Origin: Vicugna vicugna
Taxonomy: Eukaryota
NCBI GenBank assembly: GCA_013265495.1
Contig: MU058221.1
Coordinates: forward strand, 4,944,066-5,008,065
Reading direction: 5' to 3'
DNA length: 64,000 bases
Shown here: positions 13,756 through 26,964 of the stretch, piece by piece
Numbering within the stretch: position 1 is the first letter of the stretch
Layout of the letters: each line of letters opens with the position of its first letter
Position numbers and translations under genes: made by a program
Notes under the pieces: model-generated
What the model was told of the DNA's origin: nothing
What the model saw: only the letters and a program-made list of their open reading frames with translations
Databases searched by the model: none

Positions 13756-13802
13756 GCAAGTGTGTTGCAGGGAGAGGGTAGTGACAGGAGGGCCAGAAGG
13801 CT

Positions 13803-14295
13803 ATAGTATAACATAACCAAAGGACTGAAGGGGGAATGATCACCCAGGGACACAGGGAGTCCTGGGCTGGCCCTCCCCCCTCCGCAGGTCAGCCTGCGCC
13901 TCTGGTTTCCAGTGGTTCTCAGCTGAGAAACACTCGCTCCCTTCTCCTGAAGCCTCGGCCACGGGCCTGAATTGGCAGCTGTAGAAACTGGCCCCTGTAC
14001 AGTTGTAGGACTTCTAGAGAACTCACATACACGGTTACAGGCAGTTCCACCCTTGTTAGAACATGCAGACAGCTCCCCAGGCCGACCGCACAAAATGAGC
14101 GTGCACTGCCCACCTGCCTCTGTTACACCTGACCCCAGCCTCAGTGTGAGTCCTCGACATGACCCCTCTGAAAGAGGTCCCTGCCCAGCCCTGCTCTTCC
14201 CTGCCAGTCTGGGGAGTCCCTGGCTCCAGGGAGGAAGGGAGTGATGGAGCAGAGCCAGGAGAGGGAAGAAAAAGGCCACGAGAGAGTATGTCTGT
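13803..14295 (-). repeat. Right arm of the ~490-bp inverted repeat
   Basis: Reverse complement of ~10080-10570; also visible as shared translations in ORFs 10129..10401(-) and 13972..14244(+). Confidence 0.97.
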
Positions 14296-17200
14296 AACAG
14301 AGCCCCTACTCCCCACAGCCCATTTTGAGGGGAGAGTTCCAGAAATGTCTGCACACGAACAGTGTCATCTGAATACACATGTGATTCCGAGCAGCCTGCA
14401 CCATGCGCTCCCCTAGGACCCTGGGCCCCACCCACCCGGCCCTGCCCCTACCCGTACGCACCAGCCGCAAGTACTCAGCTTTCCTTGGAGCTAATCCTGC
14501 CCCTCCTGAGGCCCAGAAGGGCAGGCTGAAACTTCTAGGCTGAATAGACGACAGCTCAAGCAAATGGAAGTGCTTACTGATGTGAAAACCTAAAAACTTC
14601 CATCTTTGTTGCCTACTATCGGAAATTAAGGCCAGGGTAACAGCGCAGCAGTTTCTCTGAAGGCCTAAAATTAGACCAACACCACCCCAAAAGAGATGGT
14701 CCGGTCCAACCAAAGTATGCCACAGCCTGGAAGAAGGTGGCCCCTGACCTTGTGACCCATTTATGTGAAAGCAAGGTCGTGTATAGCGACAGGCCACTGA
14801 GCAAGGCATTCTGAGCCTGCATCACACTGAATATAAACACTCCGCATCTGTGCTTTTGAAGCAGCAGCAGGCCTCTGAAACTGCAGGCGTGTGTGATTGC
14901 TTGTTGTGTGATGACATTATTGTTCAGTGTTTGATTTTTTTGAAAAATAGAGTGTTGGTGGTCATTTTCATGAAGTGTTTGGCACCAGATCAGGAGGTCC
15001 TGTTTTATGGTTTTTCCTAAGGACAGAAATATCACCTGCTTACGGTGGGAGGGAGGTCTGGTCTGCGCTGCCGCCAGACCCACCTGGTTACGGCGTCCGT
15101 GCGTAGTTCTGTGTTGGCCGGTTCTTGCCGGAAAATCAGTGCAGCAGCTACTGACCAGCTTCCTGCTGATCGCAAGCAAGCATTGGGTTGAGCATTGCAG
15201 GAAGGTCAAAGATGAGTAGGACCGTGACCTTGGACTTCCCACCTGCCCGTCTGGCAGGGCAACAAGACTAACAGCTGGACTGACATGGCAGAGAAAGGTC
15301 AGTGTGTTAAGAGAACAATGTGCTTTGGAGCCTCAGAGAAGGAGGGATGTTAGACCATCTCCCCCGGTCTAAAAAAAGTTCCCATCTTTAAATTACCATT
15401 ACAAGAGCTTACCTAGTCTAGACCCTATACTTGTTACGTATTAACTCAGTTCAGCCTCAGCACAACCTTATGAACTGAGTTATACCTTTTGAACAAGTGG
15501 GAACCGAGGGTAACTTTAGACCAAGGTAATACAATTCATGTGGGTGCAGTCGGGATTCAGCCCTGGCTCAGCCGGACCCTGCCACGGTCTGTGGCCTCGC
15601 AGCGGGGCCGAGAGGCAGCAAAAGTCCTGGGGTCTTTGGGACAATTTAGCCTGTAGAAGCTCCGGGCCGTATTGCTGTGTGGAGCCTGGCAGATGAGTGG
15701 TGGCCTGGAGCAGGTGGAAGGGCGGGGAGCCCAGCCGAGCCCTGGGCGGCCGGATGAGCCCTTTCTTTGAGGTAGCTCTTACATCATCTCGTTTGGGATA
15801 ATCATTTGTAGACTTGCTGCCGCTGCAGACCGTAAGCCCCGCTCAAATTTCCTCTGCGGCAATGACCGTGAAGTGGTTCCCTTTGCAGGACACAGGGGCC
15901 CAGGCAGCACTGCCTGAAAACACGGTTGTTTCAGTCTCAGGGGGGACGTCGGTGTGAGTTAGGGAGTCTTCTCAATTACAAAAACCTTTCTAAAGGAGCA
16001 CAGGTTTATTGCATCTGAGCTTCACCAGGAATTTCAACCAGAGTGGCAGAGAGCTCCCAGAGCAAGGGTCAGCGGCGCTCCCCCTGCATCTGGGGGCGTC
16101 GAGGTGGTTTCACAGCCTTTTGAGTAGCCCCCATTGCAGTCTTGTTTGCAATTAATTTGTACTATCTGTAAAGGAAGGGGATGCCCAGTCAAGGTAAACG
16201 CCACCACCCTGTCCCACACTAATGAGCTTCGCCTGTGTAAACCCCATTAATTGTGGCTGTTGGCTTTTTAATTGTCCTTAAATTTCTTGTACGTTAACTG
16301 CCCCGGGGCTGGAACTCTGGTTTCTGTTTCCGTTAGAGGCTCTCTTTCCATCCCAACCCCCAAAAGTCTCGCCAGTCTGCACCCCGCCCCCACCCACCCC
16401 CTGTCCCCTATTAGTGCTATGAGCAGAAGGAAGGTCAGAGAAATGGTCCCATTGGCCCAGACTAGGAGCCACGGGCGTGCGGGGAAAGGAGGTGCGGAAG
16501 CCAGATGGTTTTTTCATGAGGGCCCGGAACCTCAGGTCAAGAGAAGAGGGACTTGAGATTGTCACGGGGTCATCTCAGTGTGATGAAGGATTCCAGCAGG
16601 GCTGTGTGCAGCTGGGGCGGCCGCCTTAAGAAAAGGGCTCGAGCTGAGGCCAGGCAGCCTCTCCGTGCAGGGAGGGTGCAGCCTCCCGATGAACGATGGA
16701 CGGGACAGACTGAGTGCCCCTTGTACGCAAAGCGGGGTCCTTGGACAAGCATCTTTCAGGAGCTCGTTAGACATGCAGCATCTCAGGTCCCACCTCAGAC
16801 CTGTTGACCCAGGGTCTGCATTTAATGAGGTCCCAGGCCGATTCATAGGGACGGTGGCTCTGCTTTTTAGGACAGAACTGCACTGGAATCACCTGGAGGA
16901 GAATTTTGACATGCTAACACCAAGGCATTCATCCTGCAGCAGCAGCAGCTGCGAAGCCACTGGTCTGGGACGTGTAAGAGCCATTTCCACACCTGAGATT
17001 CTGGTTCTCTCGCCTTTCCCTCCCTCACCCGCTGCTGCTTTTCCAAGTCCACGCAAGTGTGCGCACCTGCACACGAGAGAGAAAGAAAATAGCATTGCGT
17101 GGAGTAATACCTACCCGTGATGTGGGTCAGGCTTGCAGAGAGAACGGGCCACTTTGCCTGGGAGCCTCGAGGCGGGGGCCAGAGTCACCTGCTGCCTGTT

Positions 17201-20200
17201 GTATCCCCTGGGAAGCCAATTTTGCCAGAAGAAGGGGATGGGTGGGCCAGGCCTGCCCTAGTGCTCCCCAGCCCAGCACTCTGGTCCCTGGTTCCTGCAG
17301 GTCTCGTCTGGGACCTGTGGGTTACTTTCGGGCCTGAACTCAGTCACCGTGAGGCCAGGACGTCCAGATTGGAGTGGGTGGGGGTGGATTCCAGTTCCTC
17401 AGGCCCCTGTGATGGGAGCACACCCAGCCCTCTGGAGTCCCACGCAGGGCCGGGGCTGGGAGCCCCACCCGTGCGTGCGGGCAGTGGTGACTGCGCAGTG
17501 ACGGACGGCGCCCAGAGCCCGGGTCCTTTGTCTGAGCCCTTGTCCGAGCCTTTTGCATCCCTCCCCCGGAGACCATTGTCTGGCTTGGGGGGTGTTAATC
17601 CACAGCCCCTGAGAAGCTGCCTGGCAAATGGAAGGGAGTGTTGTCAGCGTGTGAGGCTGGACAGCAAGTGGGAGGGAAACAGTTAAACCTCCTCTTCATG
17701 GTCCAGGAGAGGAGGGAGGAGTGGGCTCAGGAGCAGGCCCAGGCCTTGTGCTAATCTGGCTGGAATGTAACCAGTTCGGGCAGTTTCTGGCTTAGGCGTG
17801 CCCCCCAGGCCCCTCTACCTGGTGTAGGCCCTGCAGCCCGGGCCGCTCTTTGTCTGCAGCAGCCGCACTTCAGCGGGGTCCAGGCTAAACGGCTCTAAGA
17901 CGAGAGGATGGGGAGAGGTCCCCCCACCTGGTCCTCACCGCGCCCCACGCTACGGGAGGCAGCTGTGCCGTCCTGGGTGCAGGAATCACAGGCTCTCCGC
18001 CTGCTGCAGGAATTGGATGGGGGTGGGGCGGGCAGGAGCGAATGTTCTAGGAGAAAGACCCCAAACCTGTTTTGTCAGGCAGCTTTAATGCCTGAAGGCC
18101 TGGGAGCTCTGAGGGGGGAGGCCTGGCTTCCGGACACACTGAATTATAACAGTGGGGCCTTGTGTGTGTAGAGAGATGCTAGGAGGGGGGGTCGTGGGGG
18201 GTCAGCTTGCATGTCCTGTGTGAATGCTTCACCAGGAGAATGTGTTCATGTGTTACTTCTGCAATTCTCAGTCCGTTTGTAAAACATTCTCTGTCTTGGT
18301 CTGGGTGGTGGTCACATAATGCGGACGTATTTAAAATTCATCCAGCTGCACAAAAATTCGTGCGCTTCCCGATGTAAAAATGTATGCCTTAGTTTAAAAA
18401 GTTTACAAAAACTCAATTTTGAAAAAAGAAACGAAAAAAAAATCCACCTTCTTGACCCGCAGGGCCTTGCCCGGCTCTCACAGCTGCAGGGAGGGCGGGC
18501 AAGGGCTCTGGGCCTGGCGCGCGGGCATCTCTGAGCGCCCGGAGTGGCGTGGGCTCTGGGCCCCCACACCGACCCTTGGAGACAGAATGAAGCTGCACGG
18601 TATCCCAAATGCATCCCGCCGCCTTGCTCTCGGGGTTTGGAGAAAGCATCAAAGCAGTGGTTTTCAGAAGGACTCCCAGGGTCCTGCTCACCAAGGGCCA
18701 TGGGGATGGCTCTGGGCAGGACACGCCTGCCGGGCACCCCGGCCACCTGCCTGTCCCCTGGTGGCGTCCCCTACCCTCCCCGGGAGCCTGTGCCCACCGC
18801 GCAGAAGGGATGGTGGTCCGCAGGCAGGACCCTGGATTCCTCCCCTGCACAGCCCACCAGCAGATCCACACTGGGTGGGTTGGATGTAATGAATTTCATG
18901 GTTCCTTCTGGCTCTGAGTCCATGATTCAGGACCAGGAAATGATTTTCCTCTGCGTTTTTCGGCCGCAAGGCTGTCTTAACATTGGAACCCTGGCTCTGC
19001 CACCTCTAGTTGGGTGGCCTTGGTTACATTAAGATCTCTCTAATCGTAGTGTCCTCGTATGTGAAGTGGGCAGACCAACGATCCAGAGCTCACAGGCTTG
19101 GCCGGGGGATTTGGTGCAAACTCACATTGTTGTATTCATTGTCTGGGATAAAGGTTAGCCGCCAGCATCATCGCCGCCATCCAGGCCACACGGCACTGTG
19201 TCTCATCGCCCAGCAAATCGAATTCTTCCGTGGACTCGGTGTCACCCCCAGGCTGAGCAGGAGCCCCCCCCACCAAGTTTAGGAGGCCCAGTCTGCCACC
19301 CTTGGTCCTGCCTTCCTCCAACGATAGAGCACTCGTGGGCCCAGGAGCCAGGGAACAGGGTTCTGAGTCCAGGGCTGGTGCTCATTTCTTCCTCCGTCCA
19401 TCCTCCGGGCGTAGACGGAGCCCTGGTGTGCGCACCCCTAGAAGGGGCGGTCCAGGGGGCTGCTTGCTTGCCTGGGGCTGAGGGGTGTGGCCTGTTCCCA
19501 TGTGTGGTCCTGAGACCCCGTGGTGCAGAATGGAGCTGGGGATGGAAGAGAAAGGAGGGGTCCTGGGTCAGGCTCCCCCCACCCCACATCTGGTCTGGCG
19601 CTCTGAAGTCTAGGAATTCTAAATTTGAACCCAGCCTTTTTGTACCAATTAGACAGGAGGGTAGAAGATTCAACAGTTTGTTAGTGTGCGTTTTAACTTT
19701 TCAATATGTCAGCACGTGGGCTTTTCATCTGTACTCTTGTCCCAGGACCTGCAGAGCTTAGGGGTGGGCCAGTCACAGCCACTGACCTCTGACACCTCCT
19801 CCCTAGCTGTCTTTAGGAACACATTGTCCCAGATCCCTTCTGTTCAGAACCTCTGTGTATTTATAATCGCACCGGTTCTAGACTAGAGCCCTGCTCCGTG
19901 TAAACTGTCCAGGTGGGCGACTGGGCTCTCAAGTTCTTCAAAGTCTAGGTCAAATCCCACCTCTCCGCCCGCTCTACACACTCACATGCTCCGGGGCGTT
20001 TGCCACACGGGGCACAAGTCTGTCCTCATCAGGCAGAGGCCACCCGGAGCCACCTTGCATTCTGTCCCCGGGTCACCACACGCAGTGCTGGAGTGCAGGA
20101 GACGCACCGGGAGTATGCGTGGCAGGAAAGGTGAGCTCCCTGCGGACGAATTAGTGTTCTCAGCCTTTGCTGATTTTTCTCGAACTGCTATGTCAGTGAG

Positions 20201-21944
20201 CTCCCCCCGCCCCGTGTAAACACATTCAGACCCTAAAGAAAATCAGGCACCCAGCCTTTAACAAGCCCACAAACCCAGCCCTCCTTTCATTGTCTTTGGG
20301 GTGGGTTTGCTGGGGAATCTGTATCTGTCTAAAATCTTAGCGTTCGCTGCTGTGAGGCAAATTTTTTGCATTCATTTATTCTTTCAGTGGTTTGGCCCCA
20401 GAAAGCAGAGGGCCAGCCTGAGGGGAAATTGTGAAAGAATCCCGGTTTGTCTTTGGTGGCAGGAGTTAAACAGCTTCGCTAGGCCTTGCCCTCAAACTTC
20501 AGCCCAGTTTACTATTGAAAACTGTGTCTCAAGGGGTAAAGAGAGCCGTGGGATAATGGAGCCTGAAAAACTTTGAGATGTAGCCATTTTGTTTTTTCCT
20601 CGGAGAATAATCTTTGGGGAAAAACTTGGATGGAGACCCTTAGAATCACACAGTTGTTTTTTTTTTTTTCAGTTGAATTCAAACCTCAAGTCATGGCTTG
20701 ATTCATTTTTGTCTGAACAATGGACAATCAATGCTGGTGGAGAGCTGTGAAGTGCGGGAAAAGAAGGGGCGGGGGTTGGCCAGAAGCGCCCCTGGGCACA
20801 GACATTGTGCATGTGTGAGGGAGGGTGTAGCCCCTGGAACTAAGACGCCCCGTGGGCAGGCCTTGCAAACTCACTCTTATTCATTAAGGCGAGAACGCAG
20901 CTCTGTCCACAGTGTGACAATAACACCAACAAGGAGAAATGATGGTGATTACTGAGTGCTTAAAGGAACCAGCACCTGAACTTGACATTTCCTTGTGGAA
21001 TCCTCTGTACAGCCTTATCAGCAGGGTGTTGCCCTGCCTTGTTTTACAGGTAGGGAGGCCGGAAGTTAACCTGAAGAAGCGATATCATTGTTTCCGATTC
21101 ATCATTTAAAGACACCTCGTCTGTGCAGGGCCTGGCCGTTTGTCCACGCCTGTGTGGCAGCTGTCTCAGTGGTCACCTGATGAATGCATGTTGAGCATCA
21201 TGGCCTGACCTGCAACACAGATACTGGTACAGCCAAGTAGTGAAACCCCAAGACAGCGGCCCTCCACTCTAGCGTGTCCACGGGGTTCCGCGAGGGCCTA
21301 GGGATTTGTTACAGTGACTTAGCATTTCTCACCCTCAGTCATCGTGTCTTCCTGCGACAGGCCCTGAATGTGTCTTCTGAGTTCCTTCTTGCCGATAACC
21401 TTTCTGCCGTTTCTAACTAGTATCTTTGTGGTTTGCAGTTACTATGCAGTAGCTGAATGTGACCTCAGGAGCGTTATGGTTCTTGACTACTTGACGGAAT
21501 TACTGCTGGGGTGTGTGTATGTGTATGCGGTGGGGGGGAGCTGTATTCCAAAGCCAAAGCAATAAAAGTTACTTCTGATAGTATTAGTAGAATTATTCAA
21601 TCTCCTCAAACCCACCATGAAAGTTAACTATAAGACGAGAAGGCTTGCAGGCCTGGATGTGAAGGCATTTGGTTTCTTCTGAGATGCATCACACTGGCCA
21701 GACCTCTGGGTCCCACATCCCGGTGGCCGCTTGCAATGCAGGCGTTCAAGTAAAGGGCGTTTTCAGTGGGTTTGAGGTTATGAAGCACGTGAGCTCAGGA
21801 CCATGGAACCAGCCTGCCGAAGAGTCTGCCATCAACACCTCCCTGCCGGCCTAGAGAAATGGGGATCGTATGTGACTCCACCAGCACCCGTGGAGTTAGG
21901 AAGGACAGGAAGATGTGCTTTAGCTGTGACCGAAAGCCAACCCA

Positions 21945-22502
21945 GCAACACTGTTTCCAACAGCCAAGACACAGAAACAATCTAAATGTCCATTGACAGG
22001 TGACTGGATAAGGACTTTGTGGTATATATATACAATGGAATACTACTCAGCCATAAAAAAGAATAAAATAATGCCATCTGCAGCAACATGGATGGACCTG
22101 GAGATCATCATTCTAAGTGAAGTAAGCCAGAAAGAGAACGAGAAATACCATGTATCAGTCATATGTGGAATCTAGAAAAGGAACACAAATTGACTTATTT
22201 ATAAAATAGAAACAGACTCATGAACGTAGAAGACAAACTTATGGTTACCAAAGAGGAAAAGAAGGGAGGGATAAATTGGGAGTTGGAGATTTGCAAATAA
22301 AACCTACGATATATAAAATAGATAAACAACATGTTTCTACTGTACTGCACAGGGAACTACATTCAGTATCTTATATAACTTATAATGACAAGAATATGAA
22401 AAGGAATATGTGTATGTATACGTATGACTGAAACTTTCTGCTGTCCACCAGAAATTGACACAACATTGTAAACTGACTATACTTCAATTAAAAAAAAAAA
22501 AA
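21945..22502 (+). mobile_element. 5'-truncated LINE-1 3' end with poly(A)
   Basis: ORF 21993..22175 DWIRTLWYIYTMEYYSAIKK is the L1 ORF2 C-terminus; A-tail at ~22490-22502. Confidence 0.92.
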
Positions 22503-23099
22503 GCCAGCCTAAGCCATCAGGGTGAGTAGATGTCAAAGCTTTTAAAAAGAATATGCCGCAGGCCCAGGGCTTCCTCTCCAGAGGAAATCTCTCAGTTCCC
22601 TCGGGCCTCTGATAAGCCAAGCGGAGTAAGGGGGAAGGCAGCCTGCAGCCCTCAGAGACGTGGCTTGGAAGAAGTTGAGTGCCTCGAGCCCTCGGTCCAG
22701 ATATGGGCACTTTCATCAAGGCCTTGTGAGAGATTCAGTTTCAAAGACTCCTCGGGAGATTTTCCCCCCAAGTTGCCAGAAGAGAATGGGAATAAAGTGC
22801 AAATGAATGAGCCTTTATACACGCAGGGGGTGCCTGGCAACCTTAGGCTCTCTTGGGATCCCTGAAGGCCATGAGGGAGCAAGGGTAAGGGTTGTGGTCC
22901 CCGAGCAGGTTCCCTTTGGATTCCCGCTGAGCATTACTCCCAAGGACAGGGACCTGGAGAGGAACGCTAGGATTTTGTAACTGATGGGATCTGATCCCCT
23001 GTCCTCACCCCAAACTTGAAACTCCAGAAATAACAGGGGCCACTATGAGGCCTTGTTTGCTATGTAACATGGGTCTCAGTCTCTCTCTCTCATGGACAT

Positions 23100-23411
23100 C
23101 TGAAGGCTGACGGACCCAAGGCTCAGAAGAGCTGGTGTTTCAGCTTGAGTCCAAGGTCAGGGAAGATGCTGATGTCCCAGTTCAAAGGTCATCAGAGGAA
23201 AAATCCTCTTATTCAGGAGAGGGTCAACCGTTTCCTTCAACTCAAGCCTTTAACTGATTAAACAGGGCCCACCTCCCTTCAGAGGGGGATCTGCTTTAGT
23301 CAGTCTACCGATTCAAATGTTAATCTCACCCCGTAACACCCAGAATGATGCTGACCAAATATCTGGGCACTCTGTGGTCCAGTCAAGTTGATACAGAAAG
23401 TAACCATCACA
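23100..23411 (-). mobile_element. MLT2-like (ERVL) LTR fragment
   Basis: Ends ccagtcaagttgatacagaaagtaaccatcaca, resembling the reverse complement of the MLT2 start. Confidence 0.7.
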
Positions 23412-23463
23412 ACTGGCCGAACTGTTAAAAGTGTTCCCCTTTGCTTTCAAAAGAGTCCTGGCT

Positions 23464-23533
23464 TGCTGAACACTGGAATTTGACACAACATTGTAAAATG
23501 ATTATAAATCAATAAAAAATGTTAAAAAAAAAA
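23464..23533 (+). mobile_element. Very short (~70 bp) young L1 3'-end insertion
   Basis: Perfect 15-bp TSD AAAAGAGTCCTGGCT at 23449-23463 and 23534-23548; body nearly identical to the terminus of the L1 at 49104. Confidence 0.9.
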
Positions 23534-25729
23534 AAAAGAGTCCTGGCTGTAGGATGCTAGGAAATTGGATCGGTGCCGGGTTTTGATGAGTAGCTGGGGG
23601 GTTGAGCTGCCTGTGCCAAGATGGAGAGGAGGCCATTGGAAGTGCGGGGTGAGGGGTTCGGGAGTGAGACTGGGGCCAGCCAGAGGGGTGCTCGCCATGT
23701 GGGCACTGACAGCCCTGGGGGCACGGCCTTGCACTGGGAGGATGGAGAAAGGCCTTGAGAAGTGGTGGGAGGGGAAGGGGGCAGCCAGCTGATAAGGGTG
23801 CCCCCGAGATGAGGGCCCTCTTGGGGAAGAGACCTGGGAGATGACGGTGAACCCGGAGGCAGGTGTCCGCAGCAGCCATGCCGGAGCGGCGTCAGTGATA
23901 GGAAAGCCAGGCTGCAGTGGGACGGGGTGTCAGGAGTGGAAGGGACAGTGTGGGGTGTTTGGGGTTCTTGTAAAAAGACTACAAGGGGGAGAGGATGGCA
24001 GCAGCCCAGGGGCCCACCCAGTTGTGGGGGGGCTGGCCAGCTGCACTGGTTTTCCTTCTTCAGGAAGAAAAATGGAAATTGAGGAGGAAGAAATTAATGA
24101 CCCATTCAAACCATGACTTCAAGTTTAATTCAGCATGTCTGAGTACCCTGACCTCAAGGAATTGATAAGTCGTGTGAGACGCTTAAGAATGTAACATAGA
24201 AAATTAAGGTGGATCGAATAGAGAATTTGGCTTGTAACTTGCCAAAAGCGTTCAGATGAGCCACACCTGGGACGTGGAGAGGGACTTGTCACTCAATTCA
24301 GTGATTGCCTTTCAGAGTCAGTGGATGGGAACCAGGGCCGCAGGAAGGAAGTGGCAGAAATGTGGAATCTCGCGGTCATCAGATGCAGGCCCTGAGCAAG
24401 GCCTGATCCCCTCCCATCCCTACTCCCCAAACAGCTGCTTGTGAAGATTCAGTTCTGTAACCGGCCTCATGCACGGGGCTGTGCCTGGAGTCGGTGTGCT
24501 ACCGGGTCACTTGGGAGATGACATGAGATTCGAGAAATGTTTTCAGGGCTTCTGTGCTCTGAAATGTTTCCCCCGTCCCCAGCCCAACGAGCCTAGCCCA
24601 GATGCTTGAAATTCCATAAAGACCAAGCCCTGGACTTGGTTGGAGAGGCCCGGGAATGCGCTGCAGCCCCTCTCCCAGCCCCAGAAGTAAGGCGTGTCCT
24701 GTGCTGACGCCAGTAGGAATGTTAAAGGAATACTGGTTGTGACGGTGAACTTGCCCAGGAGCGGCAGCAGGAGTTGCGGTGCAGGGCTTCCCTGTCTAAC
24801 CAACCTCCTGACGGTTCATTTGTGGACTCTGCCAAGGATGCTTTCAGGTTGTGGATTCTCCGTGTTTACTAGAAACTTCCACTTTGAGCCTTATCCATGT
24901 CATGACTCCTCTGTAATAAAGATAGTATTCCAGGTAAGGATTTAGACAGGGGCGAGACGTGGTACTTGGCATACAGTAGGTGGCAGTGAGAAAATGTTTA
25001 AAGGGTAAGTGGGTGGATGCTGGCTTTGGGGGATGAGACCATAAAAGGGACAGGACCATAGATCCGCAGGGATCATTTTTGAACAAGAAGCCCAGTGGGT
25101 AGAAACTGCCGAACGCTATTAGGGGACAGGGGTTGTTATCTCAGTTTAGCATCACTTGGGGAGCTTTTTTTAAAACAAGGACGCTCAAGCCCTCCCCTAG
25201 AGCAGTTAGATCCTGACCAGGAGTCAGTGTCTTCAGGCTCCTCCCGGCAGCGCTGATGCCCAGGGAGGGCTGAGCTGCAACAGGCTGGGTTATCTCCACA
25301 GCCCATGCCTTCTGGTCGAAAGGGCACCCCAACTTGCCCCCTTTAGGGCACCCTCCTGTGTCCAGCCTGGAAAGGAAAGGATCTGGAGGAGCGTGTCAAA
25401 GGGCAGGGTCTGCAGAGCGGACCTTCCTCAGCTGTCAGTCACCGCACTGCGGGCCCAGCTCATCTTGCCCAGGGACAAGTGGAAATTCCCATGGGGCTGT
25501 CACCCTTTTTCAGACCCTAATGGGGATGATTGGATAGAGTTGTCAGGGGCAGGACACTATTCAAGGAAAAATAACACTTAGAAATTCAGGAATAGGAGAC
25601 TGGAGGTTTGAATATAAATTTCACTGATATTTTTTTCTAATTGGTTTTACCTGTCTTTAAAATTTCTGATTAAAAAGCGATTCCTTTTGCATATATTTGT
25701 TTTTACATTTTAAAAGCAATGTAAGTGTA

Positions 25730-25845
25730 GGGGGCTGGGGGCAGAGCTCAGGGGCAGAGCATGTGTTTAGCATGCACAAGGTCCTGGGTCCAATCCCCAG
25801 CACTTCCATTTAAAAAAAAAAAAGGATAAAAAAAAATAAAATGAA
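25730..25845 (+). mobile_element. tRNA-derived SINE, Vic-1-like
   Basis: gagctcaggggcagagcatgtg...gtcctgggtccaatccccagcac followed by an A-rich tail. Confidence 0.85.
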
Positions 25846-26604
25846 AACAATATATGTGTAACTAAAAGAAGAAGATAAAAACACCTGTAATCGTGTCGTC
25901 CAGAGAAAAGTTCAGCTCGCCTCTCGATGTGTAGCCTTTCAGATCTCTCTTCAACACAGACATAAAAATGTTTCAAAAGTGGGATGCTAAACGTGTTTGT
26001 ATCTTGCTTTGTCCCATTTTAACAGTTTATATGCTTCTCCACGCCTGTAAATATTCACCTGCTTTGTAAGTTAAGTTATCATGTTCGTAGCATAAGGTAC
26101 TTAATATCTTTTAGCTCTTAGAAACAGCTCTTCAGTGCGCATTCTTGAGCTATATTTTGCTCACATCCTTAATTATTTCCTTAGGATGCATTCCTGGGAG
26201 TGGTAAGCCTTTGGAAGGCTTGATACATACCTCCAAATTGCACAAGAAAGCTTTTACTAATTTACTTTCCCACCAACAGGGTATGAAAAAGTGCCCGTGG
26301 TAATTAAAGAGGAGGAAAGCCTCAGCCAGTTTGACAGGCTGAAAGCATTTAACTCATTACCGAGTTCATAACTTCTTTACCTCAAATTCTGCACACAAAT
26401 GGAGGTGGAGCCCAGAGATTTCCCTTAACTGTCTCGGTAAGTACCTAGCCCAGAGGATCTTTACTGTCTGACCCTCCAGGTCACGGCCCCTGGGATTTCT
26501 GAGGCTTTTCCCTGATGTGGTTTCCAGCATCGATGGTCTCTACCCTCATCCAAAGCCTTTGTTCAGGCTCCTCACTCTTCGGGCCTGCTCCCGTGTGTGC
26601 ATAG

Positions 26605-26623
26605 GGACCACCAGGGGGCAGTG
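26605..26623 (+). promoter_or_regulatory. Predicted CTCF site, forward
   Basis: GGACCACCAGGGGGCAGTG is a close match to the CTCF core consensus. Confidence 0.7.
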
Positions 26624-26964
26624 TGGAGCTATGGCCACGCTCGGGTCTTTTGGTTTCTCCATAACAAAATCTTGACTAGTGCATTTCTTTATTATGTGTT
26701 ATATGACTTCTGCTGATTGGTATTCATAATATTGATTTGCTCAGAGTAATATTTCATCCCCTTCCAGTTATTTTTATATTTTTTTCTATAGGTTATATCT
26801 TGGCTGAAAAAAAAATAACCTGATTCTCTTCTGCCACTGGGGGCCTGGGTGCCCGGCTTGTTCCAGTCCCAGCCCTGCCAGTGGCCTGAGGGCCCTTGTC
26901 TGAGAAACGCCAGGATGGGCTGGAGGAGTGTGGCTTATTTCTCTTTCAACACTAGGAGGAAAGG

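Noticed and set aside
10037..14435. ORFs 10037..10660(+, 207 aa) and 13620..14435(-, 271 aa) with near-identical translations, resembling a duplicated gene pair
   Set aside because: The similarity simply reflects the DNA inverted repeat; there is no recognisable domain, several frames on both strands are open, and one ORF runs through a (TG)n tract.
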